Source: Desulforudis sp. (GTDB lineage Bacteria; Bacillota; Desulfotomaculia; Desulfotomaculales; Desulforudaceae). Taken from it: DNA of 24,000 nt. The notes beneath the pieces are model-generated. The model saw only the letters and a list, made by a program, of their open reading frames with translations, had not been told where the DNA came from and ran no database searches. Made by a program: the position numbers and the translations under genes. Location of the stretch: positions 6,034 through 30,033 of the forward strand of contig QZIR01000001.1 of the NCBI GenBank assembly GCA_003604975.1. The letters run 5' to 3'. The stretch's first letter is position 1. Every line of letters begins with the position of its first letter. Positions 22,969 to 24,000 of the stretch are shown piece after piece.

Positions 22969-23505
22969 ATGTACAAAGTCAACCTCTTGCCTGATGAACT
23001 CCAGAAGGGCGCCTTGGTGGACCTGGGACGAATCAAGAAACTGGCGGCGGTGGTAGTCATTGGCCTGGTTGTAATCGGCGGATTTGGCTTCTACCTTGTC
23101 AAAGACTACTCCCGCCTGACACAGCAGGCCCAGGTCAGTCCCGACCCCGCTCCGGTTGCGGCGGAGTCCGGGACGGCGGCAGGGAAAGAGGACGCGAAAA
23201 AGGCACACCACGTCCTGCCGGAAACCACGCGGGTCATAGACAAGGAAGAGGCGGAGTTCCAGACCGAGCCCCAGCAGCCGGACGGGGTAACCGACCCGTT
23301 TGTCGGTCCGATGGTCCTCACCGGTGTGGTCTACAGCGGCGGTGACGGAGACCTGGCCATTATCGAGGCCGGCAAAACGGCCTACGTCGTCAACCAGGGA
23401 GACACTGTCGCCGGGGTTTGGACGGTAGCGCAGATTGGCAGGGACGCCGTGGTATTGGAAGGCTCGGAGGAGCGGAAGATGCGCCTGGAGCTGACCGGCA
23501 GGTAA
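22969..23505 (+). CDS. Hybrid pilus alignment protein: PilN-type N-terminus (NLLP motif + TM) fused to a PilP/GspC-HR-like C-terminal domain
   Basis: MYKVNLLPDELQK is a PilM-binding-type motif. It is followed by a TM helix (LAAVVVIGLVVIGGFGFYLV) and a Pro/Glu/Ala-rich linker. The C-terminus reads TDPFVGPMVLTGVVYSGGDGDLAIIEAGKTAYVVNQGDTVAGVWTVAQIGRDAVVLEGSEERKMRLEL, the DPF...L.G......A.I.....Y.V..GD.....V..I....V.L pattern of PilP/GspC. The ORF is open from TTG 22945. Confidence 0.65.
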   Translation: MYKVNLLPDELQKGALVDLGRIKKLAAVVVIGLVVIGGFGFYLVKDYSRLTQQAQVSPDPAPVAAESGTAAGKEDAKKAHHVLPETTRVIDKEEAEFQTEPQQPDGVTDPFVGPMVLTGVVYSGGDGDLAIIEAGKTAYVVNQGDTVAGVWTVAQIGRDAVVLEGSEERKMRLELTGR

Positions 23506-23561
23506 CACAAGATGAAGACCCGGCCCTCACAGGGGCGCGGAAAGTAACGGGGGTCCCCGAT

Positions 23562-24000
23562 ATGAGCGAGAGAGAACAAAGCCCCGTGGAGCTTAGACAG
23601 CGTATCAGCGAACTGGAAACGGTTCTTGAAGTGGGCCGGGAGATCACCTCAACCCTCGATGTTGACAGAATAATGGACCTGGTGCTTGATGCATGTATGG
23701 GGGCTGTAAACGCAGAGGCCGGCACCCTGTGGATCCTGGAAGATGCCCATCTTCTACCCCTAGCCGTCCGGGGTCCAAAAGCGGATCGACTTAAGGGTTT
23801 GAAGCTTAAGCAAGGTGAGGGTTTGGCCGGGCAGGTATGTGAAAACCGGGAGCCGGTTTTTGTGGAGGACGTGACCCGGGACGAGCGCTGGGCCAAAAGG
23901 TTTGATGATGCCACCGGCTTCATCACCCGTTCCATGCTGGTAGTACCCCTGTTCACGGATGACATAAGCGTTGGTTCACTCCAGATGATTAATAAACTGG
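23562..24000 (+). CDS. GAF-domain protein, N-terminal part (continues beyond the window)
   Basis: My own translation from ATG 23562 is MSEREQSPVELRQRISELETVLEVGREITSTLDVDRIMDLVLDACMGAVNAEAGTLWILEDAHLLPLAVRGPKADRLKGLKLKQGEGLAGQVCENREPVFVEDVTRDERWAKRFDDATGFITRSMLVVPLF.... It is open to the window end, so it is absent from the ORF track. The pattern is a typical GAF fold. The 191-aa minus-strand ORF at 23390-23965 is its antisense shadow. Confidence 0.75.
   Translation, partial: MSEREQSPVELRQRISELETVLEVGREITSTLDVDRIMDLVLDACMGAVNAEAGTLWILEDAHLLPLAVRGPKADRLKGLKLKQGEGLAGQVCENREPVFVEDVTRDERWAKRFDDATGFITRSMLVVPLFTDDISVGSLQMINKL

Noticed and set aside
1-24000. CRISPR arrays, tRNA/rRNA genes, transposases, integrases, phage genes, toxin-antitoxin pairs
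   Set aside because: No spaced identical repeats, no cloverleaf-compatible intergenic sequence and no ORF with recombinase, transposase or TA-like motifs were seen anywhere in the window.

Overview
The window looks like chromosomal DNA from a sporulating, moderately high-GC Firmicute (Clostridia-like; the lineage call is low confidence and rests only on gene content such as spoVB and on Shine-Dalgarno style). It has three parts. (1) 1-9.9 kb is housekeeping: the ddl 3' end, deoC, a TPR protein, a tightly coupled queD-queC-[DUF366-like]-queE-folE-[small YpmA-like]-surE gene string, convergent spoVB, and an EF-G paralogue. (2) 9.9-10.65 kb is a decayed, AT-richer patch holding a C-terminal HD-GYP gene remnant, a nested inverted-repeat element and a DUF3307 membrane protein. 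(3) 10.7-23.5 kb is a large type IV pilus (T4P) locus. Its plus-strand genes are pilN-like and pilO-like, then pilB-pilT-pilC, four minor pilins (FimT/GspH-, PilV-, PilW- and PilX-like), pilM and a PilN-N-terminus/PilP-like hybrid. Between them sits a minus-strand block with a frameshifted MORN mini-gene, the major pilin, an orphan SigB/F/G-family sigma factor and a membrane-anchored protein made only of secretin N0/N1-type periplasmic domains, with no secretin pore domain. A GAF-domain gene starts at 23562 and runs off the window. The most interesting signal is the pilus locus. It appears to keep the PilM-PilN-PilO-PilP-PilQ(N-domain) alignment subcomplex of diderm bacteria but lacks the outer-membrane barrel. 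It also carries its own sigma factor, and a sigmaB-type promoter match lies in front of the pilin gene. I found no CRISPR array, tRNA/rRNA gene, transposase or integrase. All calls come from reading the ORF translations and the DNA by eye; no database search was run.
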